DNA of 63,990 bases, counting the filler, from Lenisia limosa (lineage: Eukaryota > Protista > Breviatea): assembly GCA_001655205.1 (NCBI GenBank). It is 16 parts of 16 records of this genome, joined end to end, with 100 filler letters (N's around TTAATTAATTAA, not from the genome) between each part and the next. Parts side by side here need not be neighbours in the genome. Positions count along the whole stretch, not along the records: positions 29,861 to 41,263 come from LPNZ01007494.1; positions 41,364 to 43,238 come from LPNZ01002797.1; positions 43,339 to 50,081 come from LPNZ01010696.1; positions 50,182 to 53,985 come from LPNZ01007881.1; 12 more parts are not named here. One strand, 5' to 3'. A model generated the notes under the pieces. That model did no database searches. It was not told the origin of the DNA and was given only the letters and a program-made list of their open reading frames with translations. Positions 37,372 to 50,327 of the stretch are shown here, one piece after another (position 1 is the stretch's first letter; the number at the start of each line of letters is the position of its first letter). The translations under genes were made by a program, and so were the position numbers.

Positions 37372-37915
37372 GTAGGTCGCATTATTACCGCTTCTGTCAG
37401 CAGGAAATCTGTTAAACTGTTTTCCTTCACTTCTATTTTGTCTGGCTTTTCTGTACTGTTTTCATACCCGCATGTCTTGCTTGTNNNNNNNNNNNNNNNN
37501 NNNNNNNNNNNNNNNNNNNNNNNNNNNNNNNNNNNNNNNNNNNNNNNNNNNNNNNNNNNNNNNNNNNNNNNNNNNNNNNNNNNNNNNNNNNNNNNNNNNN
37601 NNNNNNNNNNNNNNNNNNNNNNNNNNNNNNNNNNNNNNNNNNNNNNNNNNNNNNNNNNNNNAGGTTGGTGGGATTAAAAGTTATTTCATATCTTTACCAT
37701 AACACTGTTTACTGTAAATAATGCAGATTCCCCTAATCACCTTTAGATGGCATTGAATATCCTTGATTCTGCGAGGAAAACATGGGTTCTTGGTTGGAGG
37801 GGAGGGGTAATTTTGAAATACCGTCTACAGTTTTATATTTGTGTTGTTATTTTCTGGTACCCTTTGTGGTCTTAGTCTGACTTTTTTGGTCAATAAATGC
37901 TCATGTCAGCATAAC

Positions 37916-40900
37916 CTTCCTCCCCTTCCTCCGCTAGAAACATTCACAAGACTCACAACCATCCTCGGCCTGCCCCTCCAAATGTCTATTTTCGAGACGA
38001 TTACCCATCCGCCTTACGACCTTGTGGGGAGGGATGTATCAACTACATGACCAATGCATGTCTTTCCCAATCTCCCTTTTATTATTATTAGTAGTATTAT
38101 TATTATTATTTATTATTTATTACTATTATTATCTGTTCAATAAAGCAGCTGACGTTCCTCACCACCCAGGGCAAAAGCTTGACTCTGAATCTCTGGGCGC
38201 AATCCATCATGATGTTCTCGGAGGACTACGAGGCTGCTATTTGGTGGGCTTGTTGGGGTTGTCAAACCTTCTGTTGTACTCTAGAAACCTTAAACGTTTG
38301 CTCACCCTCTTCCCCAGTTTAACGCAGCACGTGGACATGCTCTGTGACAAGCTCATGGCTCTAGTGATGAGTACCACCACCCATCCCGGGTATGCCGGGT
38401 GCTGCACTGCTATAGTAAATATTATACCGAAATATGGGTTATCTGACGTCCCAGAGCTGTGACGACGGAAATGCTTATGAAGGCGTGCGGCAGGTTCAGT
38501 GTCCTCGGTTTGGCCATGGCTTCCTTCGTGTCCGTCGACGTCCTCGATGAGGCTCAACTTGGCAAGGTGGGGATGAGGCTTAACTCGGCATGGTGGGGAT
38601 AAGGATTGCTGGCAAGGCGGACATCTCCCATCAGAGTTGATTTTGGGGTTTTTTTGTTTTAAATTCGATTTTACTCCCTCCCTCCCCCGGCTACAAGTGG
38701 GTCAGNNNNNNNNNNNNNNNNNNNNNNNNNNNNNNNNNNNNNNNNNNNNNNNNNNNNNNNNNNNNNNNNNNNNNNNNNNNNNNNNNNNNNNNNNNNNNNN
38801 NNNNNNNNNNNNNNNNNNNNNNNNNNNNNNNNNNNNNNNNNNNNNNNNNNNNNNNNNNNNNNNNNNNNNNNNNNNNNNNNNNNNNNNNNNNNNNNNNNNN
38901 NNNNNNNNNNNNNNNNGCTTTTTTGTCTTATTTTCTGACCTGTAGCGCTGAGGGATATGACCCAAATGAGGTTTACGATGGAGAAACAATGCCGATGCAT
39001 GTTGTGGATGACGCGCTCGCAAGACTCAAGGTACCTCCAGGTTATTATGTATTATTTTTGTATTCTTGAAATCCTTTACCACCCCCCCACCCCCAGATCC
39101 TGATGGCCAAAATGCCTGCCGCCTCCGTAAGCCACCTCTATTTGGCCGCCTTTCCGGCGCTAATGAAGGTTAAACACTCTCTTACGTGAGGGGGGGGGGG
39201 ATGATCTGGAGATCGGGTATTGGTTTGTACTTGTGCGTTTGCGCTTACCTTTTTTTCTCTCACAAATATCACATGTATTATACTCTTAATCAATTTCCTA
39301 TGTGACGGTAGGCTACATCCGGAGTATTCTTTGATTTCTCTTTTTTGTGATGATTTTGTCTATGTACTAGCATCTCTATTGAATCACCCCCCCCCCCCCC
39401 CCNNNNNNNNNNNNNNNNNNNNNNNNNNNNNNNNNNNNNNNNNNNNNNNNNNNNNNNNNNNNNNNNNNNNNNNNNNNNNNNNNNNNNNNNNNNNNNNNNN
39501 NNNNNNNNNNNNNNNNNNNNNNNNNNNNNNNNNNNNNNNNNNNNNNNNNNNNNNNNNNNNNNNNNNNNNNNTTCCGGCTTTTGCTGACAAGTGGGGGGGG
39601 GGGGCTGCTTTCAATTATCGTAACTCTCTTGTTAGCTGGAAGAAATTGGATGCATAAAGAGAGCAGCATATTATTTTCTGTTTTGGCAGTCTGTTTTGAG
39701 AGTGGTTGTCCTGGTTATCTGACTGCCCATTTTGTATGTTCTTTGACCCTTCTTTAGGTGGATGGTTGTGAATGGAGGCCTTATAGCTCTGAACCGGACG
39801 GCTGCCGCCTCAATCATTTTGGTGCGATTTGGGTTTTTTTGCTGAATAATTCTGGTCTCAGAATCATTCACTTACCAAATTAGGCAAGTAACGATATTGT
39901 CCGTCAGCTCCAACAGGAATGCCCAACTGCTATGAAACCTGTCTTTCTCATGTCATACTTTGAGCACTGTGGGGAGAGTGACCAAAATAATGTCGGGCTT
40001 TTTTTATTTCGATGAAAAACCGCCGGCTCTCTTCTCCTACCATTTATCATCATTTGCAGCAAATACTGTTCCATTCTCACCAAAGCAAGGATCATTGATT
40101 TATCGAGAAATTCCTTGGTATCAGAACATTCTCCATGAGAGACGTTTACCGACGTAGTGGTTGGAGCGACTTTGGCGTTCTTCAGGTCCGCGCAGCCTCA
40201 CAAAGGACGACTCGCAACGTCATGCTTACTTTCCCTATTAGAGGTATGCGGCAATCCCTGGAGTCAAATTAACCATTTATTGCATTTGTGTCTTCTTTCA
40301 GGGCACGCTTTTGTTCTCTCTTTCACTCCACAGTCCTGTGTCACGTACCTGTCAAACTTCTCGGTGATCATGTTCAACCTTGTCTTCAAGATCTTCCCCT
40401 ATCTTGTTCGATGTGGAGAGGTGAGTGACCCCCCCCATAATTACATACATAGATAGAGAAGTCTGTTCCTTTGCTTCATTCGTTACTTCCATTTTCTGCG
40501 AATGTTTTTTTTTGACATGTTAAGCTAAACTCTACTCCTGATTTTGCCTTTATTTGTTTACCCCCCCCCCCCCNNNNNNNNNNNNNNNNNNNNNNNNNNN
40601 NNNNNNNNNNNNNNNNNNNNNNNNNNNNNNNNNNNNNNNNNNNNNNNNNNNNNNNNNNNNNNNNNNNNNNNNNNNNNNNNNNNNNNNNNNNNNNNNNNNN
40701 NNNNNNNNNNNNNNNNNNNNNNNNNNNNNNNNNNNNNNNNNNNNNNNNNNNNNNNNNNNNNNNNNNNNNNNNNNNNNNNNNNNNNNNNNNNNNNNNNNNN
40801 NNNNNNTCAGCTGAACACGCACATTCAATGTGTGGTGCCGAACATGGCCGTTAGTGCCCCCCAGGGTATGTCAGGATGTCATGGGCTTACTGGACAGTCT

Positions 40901-41243
40901 TTCAATTACTATCATGTGTGTAACATTAAGCAGTTGCTAATGAATAATCTTATCCACAGCCCCCCTTCCCGAGCTCTCCAATGAAACCAAATTCCTCAGA
41001 TCCCTTCGTCGCCTTGCTGTCCTCCACACCAATACAGTGGGGGCTTAGTAGTAACAATACAGTGGGGGCTTAGTAGTAAAACAATATTTTTAATGGTGGG
41101 CAACTTTTCACAACTCAATCCTTTGTTCAACTCAATGCTCCGATAGCAACAAATTACGAATTAGGACATCAAGCTCCTCCCAAACCACAATGTCACGAAA
41201 GTACTTGATTTGATTGTCCGGCCGCCTGAGGGTCTTGAACAGG
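37916..41243 (+). CDS. Multi-exon coding region, unknown; possibly the 3' part of the Zn-cluster gene
   Basis: GT-AG-bounded open exons, for example LQQECPTAMKPVFLMSYFEH, VRAASQRTTRNVMLTFPIR and GHAFVLSFTPQSCVTYLSNFSVIMFNLVFKIFPYLVRCGE. Confidence 0.55.
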
Positions 41244-41997
41244 TACTGTGTTGACTCCCCCCGNNNNNNNNNNNNNNNNNNNNNNNNNNNNNNNNNNNNN
41301 NNNNNNNTTAATTAATTAANNNNNNNNNNNNNNNNNNNNNNNNNNNNNNNNNNNNNNNNNNNNTTCATTGGGGTACAACCGTTTTGATTTTGATAAAATA
41401 TTTGTGAAAAACTAGGAAACTCTTGTTTATGGCTCTTTTTATCCTCAGTTAAGCCTGAATCCTCAATCCCCTCTAAGATGTTCTCGATAATTTCTCGGTA
41501 AATTCTAGATAAATATGGTTAATGCTACGAGTCTTTCTTTGTTACAACATCAAGGCTAAACACTAAAACTCTACTCAATTTGTGGTTCATCTAAAAAGGG
41601 GGTGGCAGCGAATGTAGTGGTAGTAACAAAATATAAAGTGATAAAAGTGGTATTTTATGAACAACACTATATAAAAAAAGGTTAATTTTGCAACTACAGA
41701 CGTTTTTTTAAAGAGCCACCCCATTTTTTAGACAAGCCCCGTTTTTTGAATTAGCTGTTTTATCAATCCAGTGTAAATCTATACCATCCCTAGATGATGT
41801 TTAATGTACTGAAGGAATAACATTAGGGCTCCGAGCAATTATTCTTGAGGAAAGTAATTGACAAAATTAGAAATAAAAGTGTCTCAAATGGGGTTCTCGT
41901 TACAATTTTGAAAATAATTTCTCAATTAATTGCAGGAGTCCTCAATATAACCTAACTGAACTAAAATGATTATATCCCCTTTCTTTCTCACAAACCC

Positions 41998-42930
41998 CCA
42001 GGAAAAGTCATCCGGTACTACGGGAGCTGATCTCGCTGATCTACAGGATAAGGGTATTCTGGGGTGGGGGCTTTGTCAGTACCGCCATTTTATCATCATA
42101 ATCAGGGCTTCCCAGCAGTCCAAAAAAACCCAGGTAAAATATCGATAAAGAATTCTGTCGTATATATCGATAGAGATTTCAGTCGTATTTATCGAGTACT
42201 GTTTGGGAATCCAGTTGATGTAACCGAAGTGAAAAAATTTATCACTTGTATAGTTGATATGCTCTAATCCATGTAGTTGATTTGCTCCAAGCGGCCTTGG
42301 ATGACGCCAATGCAAAGCGGGTACAGGTGAGGGGGATGACATATTTGGAGTGGTAATGGGGAAGAAAAATTTGATATAAATTTTGAAAAAGGGAAATTAT
42401 CCGTATTTTTTCACGGGCACAAAGACCTCTTTTTAAAAACAGTCATTTCATTGTTTCAGTATCTTTTCCCGGCAAATTCGCTAGGATCAAGTGTAGTATC
42501 TGTTCTATGCGCTGTGACAAGCGCATTCCGGATCCACGGATCCGGTCCTTGTCACGCCATTCTTTGGAATGGTAGTGGAGCTCGTCAGGTGTCAGCTTGC
42601 TGGCTTACCAATGAGCATACCCGGTGTGACTCGAGAGCATGCACCCCTCTCTCAGTCGCCCGCCCACTACTATTATTTTTACATTTACAAAAATAAAATC
42701 TATTAATGATATACTCGATATTTGATTAATTCATATTCTTCAAACCCGAATAATTCTGGGAGAGGTGCACTATCATGTTTTTTTAGTGTATACAAACCTG
42801 CTCGTTATAACCCTAGTTTCAAAATAATCTAATTTTCCAGTCGGAGCAATTCAATGAGCAACTTGAGGGTGAATTGAGGAACTACCAAGGATGCGCACAA
42901 ATAAACGAAGACAAATTGGCAAAGTTGGGA
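41998..42930 (+). CDS. Coiled-coil-like exons of an unknown gene
   Basis: EKSSGTTGADLADLQDK, AALDDANAKRVQ and SEQFNEQLEGELRNYQGCAQINEDKLAKLG, each with AG/GT ends. Confidence 0.4.
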
Positions 42931-43106
42931 GTGGAAAGAGATAGCAAATATCGATATCATATGTAGAAACGTGCTGTTGATTTTTGGTTTTTTTGTGATT
43001 GTTTTTTTTTTTTTTTATTTTTATTTTTTGGGTTTTTTTCCCTCATTATTTAACCTCAGCTCTTCCCCACCCTCCCTATCCCTTCGCCGACCTCACCCGT
43101 TTACCC

Positions 43107-43162
43107 TTGGGCTTCACTTCGGTTAGAAAAAAGACTGAATGTCTAACCGAAGTGAAGCCCAA
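43107..43162. mobile_element. Minimal MITE A derivative (almost TIRs only)
   Basis: ttgggcttcacttcggttagaaaaaagactgaatgtctaaccgaagtgaagcccaa. Confidence 0.85.
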
Positions 43163-43780
43163 GCCCATCCTTTTACCCCCTTTTATGCTGGAGTGATGGA
43201 ATGCGGTGCTGCAGAAGCGACTAACCTGAGCTTTGTTTNNNNNNNNNNNNNNNNNNNNNNNNNNNNNNNNNNNNNNNNNNNNTTAATTAATTAANNNNNN
43301 NNNNNNNNNNNNNNNNNNNNNNNNNNNNNNNNNNNNNNCCCGAAGAAATGAAAGCACCAGGTTCAGGTACCTGCTGTAGGAGGGTCATATGGGAAGGGAG
43401 TCTCACTTCCATTTGGACACTGTTCACCCAGTAATTATTACATTGTTCATGCTCTTTCGATATGTTGTACAATTTAAATGGGCTTTTTTTTGTGAAATCC
43501 TTATGAGTTCCTCATTAGCCTTGCCAACAGTGTTGATTTCGGGCTTCCGTTTGTGTATTAAGCCNNNNNNNNNNNNNNNNNNNNNNNNNNNNNNNNNNNN
43601 NNNNNNNNNNNNNNNNNNNNNNNNNNNNNNNNNNNNNNNNNNNNNNNNNNNNNNNNNNNNNNNNNNNNNNNNNNNNNNNNNNNNNNNNNNNNNNNNNNNN
43701 NNNNNNNNNNNNNNNNNNNNNNNNNNNNNNNNNNNNNNNNNNNNNNNNNNNNNNNNNNNNNNNNNNNNNNNNNNNNNNNN

Positions 43781-46700
43781 GGTTACCGCTGCAACTGCGA
43801 AGAGGGAACTGAGTACGTATCTGTGTCCGATCGAAGGTGGTCTGGGGTGAGAAAGGCAGTCTAATGCTGGTTTGTGAGAAAGAGTTTAATGCTGGTTTCT
43901 GAGAAAGGCAGTTTAATGTTAGTTTGTGAGGTTCCGATTTGTGATAAAGGCTTTATTGATAATATCTTTTGGAAATGTCCTTCCCATATGCTCACCTCTC
44001 CCTCCTAATTGTTAATCGTCCTCATAGTTCCCCATACCCTCTCCCCATAAATGTGATATGCATTTTCAAAGTTTTACCTCGCTGGCTTGGGCTAGTTTTT
44101 GCGCTTCTGTCAGCTTTTTTTGTCTAGTTGTAGGTTGCTCTTGTTCTTGTTCGGAGTTTCAGATTATTCGGTCGTGATCATTACCTTTTCGCAAATAATC
44201 TCATCAAAATTACCTTCGTTTATCCCCTCCCTCTCAGTCTGACCTTTGACTTGTCCCTTGAATTGGGTCAAACCGACGCTGGCGACTGGGCTGGCGTCCC
44301 CATGCAGGCGCTTGCCTATCCCATCCAGGACCCGCGTTACCCGGTGGGTTCTACACCCGATGCTATCAAGCTCAAGCCATATTCCGATACTATCAAGCCA
44401 TATTCGATGCCGTCAAGTCAAATTCCGATGCTATCAAGCCATATTCGATGCCGTTAAGCCATATTCCGATGCTATCATAAGATGTTAATATATCAATGTA
44501 GTACTTGAAAAAGGGCTCTTTTTTTTTGACTCTGAGCTTACCTTGCAGAGTGACGACAAACCTGATTGGCATTGTACCGAAATTGACGAGTGTACCTCGA
44601 AGCGCTTCCCCAGCAGCTGTGATCAAGAGGTGGGATATGCTTACGTGATTCCATTTTCCACTCATAATCATCTGGTGTTATTTATTTATTTTCCTTTGGT
44701 TAACACTCCCCAGTCTTTTGGTGGTGCCTCATTGACCTGCTATGGTCTGACCGCTGGCTTCTCAGACTCGGACTTCTTACAGGTTTGCTGTTTTTCTCAA
44801 CCAAAAAGATGACATTGCTAGATGAATTCCTGTTGCACAACTGTTTTCTAATTTGTATCTTCGACCCACCTGTTATCTAAAAAGAGCATTATGTTTCATA
44901 TTCCCCATCATTATAACTGTATTTCTAGAGTCTCTACAACTATTTTCAGACCATAGTGAAGTTGAGGGTTTTTTTGAATATATTTTTCATGAACTGACTC
45001 TCTAGTTTAACCATGTCCCCGCAACCACCCCTGTTAACTCTTATGGCTGTAAATGTAACAAGGGATTTGGAATGGTTTGCGGGGTTGGGGGTCAACTTTT
45101 TTTGTCCATGTGTACGGGGAGGGGGGGGGGGNNNNNNNNNNNNNNNNNNNNNNNNNNNNNNNNNNNNNNNNNNNNNNNNNNNNNNNNNNNNNNNNNNNNN
45201 NNNNNNNNNNNNNNNNNNNNNNNNNNNNNNNNNNNNNNNNNNNNNNNNNNNNGATGATGATGTTCTAAATATGGAGGTAACCTATGTTCTTTCACAATTT
45301 TTCTATTAATCTTCCAGGTGGAAATCAATGCAATTGACGCCAAGGAAGTCTTACCTGAGTACGGCTGTTTTGGTGATAGTTGCGGTTCTCCTGAGTTGGG
45401 GGGGGGTGACATGCGGTTCTCTATAGCCCATTTTCTCGCAGCATCAAATAGCAAATAAGGCATACGGTCATCTAGTGTTTTGTGTTTTGAGATTGTTGGT
45501 GTGTATATATTATGAGTCAGCAGTTTATTTACAGCACCTACTAGATTCCCAAATTTTTGTGCAGTTTTTATTGGGTTTTCTTCATTTTTCTCACCTTCTC
45601 ACAGCCTCGAACCTACCACATTGAACCCTCAAGGCTGGGGGTTCCGCTGCTTTGATGAGAACATCTGCCATACGACCAAGTGCCCAAAGGGCGCAAGATG
45701 GTGAGCTAAAGTGACCATGCTATATTTAAGAATTGTGGGTGTATCGTGGAAGATGATGGCAGATTTTTGGGAAGAATTTTATCGAAGCGACACATTGAAT
45801 CCTCCAAAATAATACACCTAGTACGGAATAATCAGTATAATGATACTATGTGTATAACAGACATTTCAGAATTATATTTCAAATTTCCATTTTTAACCGT
45901 CCAGTGTGAATGTCGTGCAGGGAGCTCGGGAGTTTGAGTCTTGTGAATGGTTAGATGTTGTGATACAGGCATAAGGAGCAAGGGTGAAATTTATATATAG
46001 ATATAGCTATATATATCACACCGTCCATATATCTGTGACTTTTCCTCTATCTGTGAAAACAAGCCAAATGAACATTTTCCTTNNNNNNNNNNNNNNNNNN
46101 NNNNNNNNNNNNNNNNNNNNNNNNNNNNNNNNNNNNNNNNNNNNNNNNNNNNNNNNNNNNNNNNNNNNNNNNNNNNNNNNNNNNNNNNNNNNNNNNNNNN
46201 NNNNNNNNNNNNNNNNNNNNNNNNNNNNNNNNNNNNNNNNNNNNNNNNNNNNNNNNNNNNNNNNNNNNNNNNNNNNNNNNNNNNNNNNNNNNNNNNNNNN
46301 NNNGTATTTCAAAAAAAAATCACAGATAGAGGACAACTCACAGATATATGGACGGTGTGATATACTATATATAGCTATATATATATACATGTATATATAG
46401 TAATCCATTTTAGTTCAAGTTCAGCTTAAATTTGGAAATACGTGCGTTCACAAACTTATCTTTGCAATATCCCTTTTAAGGTTTATTAATAAGCTCACTT
46501 GGAACTTTTTATTTTTAAGAGAAATACTGTACATTAGGGAAACAAACACTCTTTCAACCTTTTATTTAGCAATATGATATAGTGTATTTCTTCTTATTTT
46601 AACTTTTGCAGTACTACAGGATATTTGAAGGCTGGTGACAAGTGTGTTGACATCAATGAATGTGACGCCAACCCCTGTCATGAGCATGCTGATTGTTACA

Positions 46701-49700
46701 ACACCTCTCCTGGCTACTATTGTGCGTTTGGGGTTATATTTGGAACTCACATTCTTGGATTTCTCGAGACCGACTGTGAATTTGTTTCTATCAATTTATA
46801 TACACATATTATTGATATTGATCCCAACTTGGGTGCGAATCACTTTCTTCTTGGCTCCACCCCACCTCTCTTTTACTTACTCCTTTTTTGTCTTAAATAG
46901 TTTTAAAATAAAACAACCTCCACCCACCTCACCCGCAAAGGCCAGTGCAAGAAGAACTATGAAGGTGACGGAGAGGTTGAATGTGTCAAGGCACCCAAAC
47001 CGTGTGAAGCCAATCCTTGTGACCCCAAGGCTGACTGCACGGACATCTCTCTTGACGTACGCAAAGGGATGTGTCACATAATCAACAATATAAATGGAGA
47101 AATAATCAAGTTTTTTTTTGCTTTTTTTATTTTTATTTAATAGTTTAATCCAAGATTGTGGATCAACTAATCTGTAGAAAAACCAACACTATACCTTTAA
47201 ATGCACGTGTCCCGACGACATGGTTGGAAGTATGTGGGAGAAAGGACATCAGGAATCGTGGTGATGTGGACCGATTCGGGCTGATAGTGTGATATATATA
47301 TTGCGCTAGTATTTTCATTGTTGTACATGACAGGATATTTTTCATTGCCGTTATATCTACATTATATTTCTTTAATCTCTCCACAGACGGATTTCAATGT
47401 ATCTACCCCCCTCAATGCTCTTTGGAGGACACACTGGAAAAATGTAACCACCACACTCCCGGACATACGTGTTTTGCGGGTATGTTGGGGGACACGTGTC
47501 ATTTCCGTGTTTTTTTTTTGGTTTGCCTTTTCTCAGTTTTGTCTCTTTTTTTTTCTGAAACGCAGTATTTCGGGTTCTCCTATTCATAAATTTTTCAACT
47601 TTATCCAATTTTACTGATGGGATGNNNNNNNNNNNNNNNNNNNNNNNNNNNNNNNNNNNNNNNNNNNNNNNNNNNNNNNNNNNNNNNNNNNNNNNNNNNN
47701 NNNNNNNNNNNNNNNNNNNNNNNNNNNNNNNNNNNNNNNNNNNNNNNNNNNNNNNNNNNNNNNNNNNNNNNNNNNNNNNNNNNNNNNNNNNNNNNNNNNN
47801 NNNNNNNNNNNNNNCTATAAGTCCCAGTACGTATTGAACGATGAAGGGAAGAGTGTAAAAGCCTGTGTTCCTCTAAGCTATTGTGACCGCGAACGTAAGA
47901 GGGGGGTGGCGTTGTTGAAACTGTTAGGAAAGGTTCCCCACCATTCACCCATTAACCTTTCCCCTAGCTTGTGGTGATGGAGCTATCTGTACTTTGGACG
48001 ACACTCAGCTGTTCATCTGCGAGTGTCCCGAAGATCAGGTATGTTGCTGAATGTTTAACAGCAGCGCTTGACTTTCTCCTAAAATATTAACTGTATGCGT
48101 CATTGCTTTTGATTATGTAATATTGCTGACAGCTTTGTCCCTCTGCTTGTCAATTTAATCCCCTTCTGATAAATCAGATGCTTGCTTAATTCATCACTTG
48201 TTTGCACGTGATTTTAAGCCTTATGTTGTAGTTTGGAGACCCATATAAGGGCTTCTGCTCCCAAAAGCCCGCCCCCACCCCGTGTACTGTCAATAACGGT
48301 GGCTGCAGGTACGCGTGGCGGGGGGGGGGNNNNNNNNNNNNNNNNNNNNNNNNNNNNNNNNNNNNNNNNNNNNNNNNNNNNNNNNNNNNNNNNNNNNNNN
48401 NNTTCGAATCAAACCAATGGTGAATTCCATTACATGTTTTTGTAAAAAGCAGTATTTGCGAGTTTATAATACACCTAGCTACATGTTCTTCGTGTGTGTG
48501 TTTTTTGTCATTACTGTATGCACCGAGATTTAATTTGACGGAATAGTGCTAATGCCATTTGCTACGAATTTGGCGAAACGGTGCACTGCGACTGCCCCTC
48601 CGGCTACTCGCCCATCAACAACAACACAGACTGTGCTCCTCCCGACTCTTTCTGTGCATGTGGGGGGGGGGGCTGTCTTATTGTACTAATAGTGTTTAAT
48701 TGCGCGGTTTTATCAAGAGCAATACAGCCCTGAGCAACTGAGGAGAGAGTAGTTGTATTTCCCCACACTGTTTACCTCTTCAGCCAACCCTTGCCCCGAG
48801 AACTCCGAGTGCATGGAAGTGGTGTCTGGCCAAGGTTACCTCTGCAAATGTGCCGGCGACTATATGGACCCAATGAAGTAGGGGGGGGGGGGGCTTGAAA
48901 GCNNNNNNNNNNNNNNNNNNNNNNNNNNNNNNNNNNNNNNNNNNNNNNNNNNNNNNNNNNNNNNNNNNNNNTACATTTAATCTAGGGAAACAAATAATAC
49001 TTCGGGATACCAAAAACCGGGTACATCTCACCACCCAGACCCTACCTGTTTGTCTCCTGGATTCTCGCTGGAGATATGTGCATCCGCAGAGGCCCTTGCA
49101 GTGTGGGGAATAGGGTTCACTTCGGTTCGAACAAAGGCTGAATTTCTTGATATCTCCTCCTATCTATATTTTACCTGTATTTTTCGAACCGAGGTGAAGC
49201 CCGAATGGTGGGGTAGGTATCGTATGGCGACGCCTCATTTTGGTCGTTTTCTCTTCAAATACGACATTAGCCCCTAACAGAGTTGATTTTGGGTTTTTTT
49301 TTGTTTCATAAATTTTCCAATTTTACAGTGATGGGATGTGGAGCTGCAGAAGCGACTGGCTTGGGCTTTGTTTTTGTTGTTGTTATCAACCCTTGTGTGT
49401 TATCAGCCAACAGAGTTGATTTGGGCATTTTTGTTTCATAAATTTTCCAATTTTACCCCCCCCTNNNNNNNNNNNNNNNNNNNNNNNNNNNNNNNNNNNN
49501 NNNNNNNNNNNNNNNNNNNNNNNNNNNNNNNNNNNNNNNNNNGCAGATACGGACCACCCGGATTATGCCAACTACAAGCTTCGAGTTGACGGCAAGCATC
49601 CTGCTGGTTGGTGGTAGTGTTCGGTCCTATCAATATGCAGTTGTTATTTTTGACTCGAAACTTGACTAACCCGTGTAGTCAACTGCACCTGTGCCCCGGG

Positions 49701-50080
49701 CTGGGTCGGCGACGGCTTCGTGGGGGGGGGGAATTTATACCTAAACTTTGATTCTACATATTGACAACTCCTGACAAACATGAGTGGCCGCCTCCTTCAC
49801 CCCTACCACCCAGATTTGTGACATGATTGACAGAAGCCAATGTGACAGCGATTGTGGCGCCCTTTCTATTATGGGTATGGCTGGGACCTGACCTCTTTAG
49901 CGACATACACTGTGATTCAACCAACGCTGATTTTAGGCCTTTTTATTATTATGTTTTGTTTCATAAATTTTCCAATTGTACTACCCCCTGACCCCCCAGA
50001 CATTGCCACGATTGAAGCCTGCGAAGAGGGCTGTGAAGTCGGCATTGACGATGCGGAAATAGCTGCCTGGGACAAATGCG
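43781..50080 (+). CDS. Large extracellular multi-EGF (including Ca-binding EGF) protein (partial at both ends)
   Basis: About 19 exons, including CTEIDECTSK, CVDINECDANPCHEHADCYNTSPGYYCQCKKNYEGDG, PCEANPCDPKADC, CHC/CECP, NPCPENSECM...YLCKC and NCTCAPGWVGDGF. Confidence 0.88.
44352..44476 (+). repeat. Intronic minisatellite, 20-21-nt unit, about 6 copies
   Basis: gccatattccgatgctatcaa and variants in tandem. Confidence 0.85.
49328..49464 (+). repeat. Intron 3'-end cassette family B (reference full-length unit, about 135 nt)
   Basis: gtgatgggatgtggagctgcagaagcgactggcttgggctttgttt...ttatcaacccttgtgtgttatcagccaacagagttgatttgggcatttttgtttcataaattttccaattttacccccc. About 20 copies or fragments in the window (see findings). 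Confidence 0.88.
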
Positions 50081-50327
50081 TNNNNNNNNNNNNNNNNNNN
50101 NNNNNNNNNNNNNNNNNNNNNNNNNTTAATTAATTAANNNNNNNNNNNNNNNNNNNNNNNNNNNNNNNNNNNNNNNNNNNNAGCTATATATAGCTATATA
50201 TATATATATATATATATACTATATACATGTATGTTATAATTGCAGAAGATTGCGTACACTGGGTAAATGGACAACATATTAGTCCTTGTTTTACTTCTCA
50301 TCTCTCCATTTTACCCTAACATTGTAG

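Noticed and set aside
49328-49464. Family B as an intronic C/D snoRNA (starts GTGATG)
   Set aside because: Box C is imperfect, there is no conserved terminal CTGA or terminal stem, and copies are heavily truncated and diverged.
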